This document shows, piece by piece, positions 62,985 to 64,000 of a stretch of DNA of 64,000 bases; position 1 is the stretch's first letter; each line of letters begins with the position of its first letter. The stretch lies in NCBI RefSeq assembly GCF_009914755.1, contig NC_060930.1. One strand, written 5' to 3'. The translations under genes were made by a program, and so were the position numbers. The stretch comes from the human T2T-CHM13v2.0 reference genome, Homo sapiens. The notes under the pieces are model-generated. The model was given only the letters and a program-made list of their open reading frames with translations, made no database searches and had not been told where the DNA came from.

Positions 62985-64000
<1,016 letters not shown>

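Overview
Human (primate) genomic DNA, very Alu-rich (about 70 Alu copies, roughly 30% of the window). It carries 15 consecutive internal coding exons of SLC26A8 (testis anion transporter TAT1) on the minus strand, probably exons 3-17. All 15 have GT-AG boundaries and compatible phases. Spliced, they give 2044 nt (1 nt + 681 codons, about residues 64-744): the transmembrane sulfate-transporter domain and most of the STAS domain. The start and stop codons lie outside the window. The intron at 28517-37962 holds a processed homeobox pseudogene of DPRX (most likely DPRXP2), split by a chimeric Alu and carrying an unexplained ~109-nt segment at the exon1/exon2 junction. The other introns contain ERV1 solo LTRs, MaLR, hAT MITEs (MER30, MER1B, MER20, MER45A) and old L1 fragments. 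Nearly all other ORFs in the track are Alu translation noise. I see no new multi-gene system. The best leads are a possible fossil DPRX isoform, a duplicated acceptor module with a candidate poison exon bracketed by inverted MER20s, an intronic polyadenylation site that would truncate STAS, a PU.1/NF-kB motif cluster, and several retrotransposition or repair scars. Gene names, exon numbers and repeat subfamilies come from my recall of the sequences, not from database searches.
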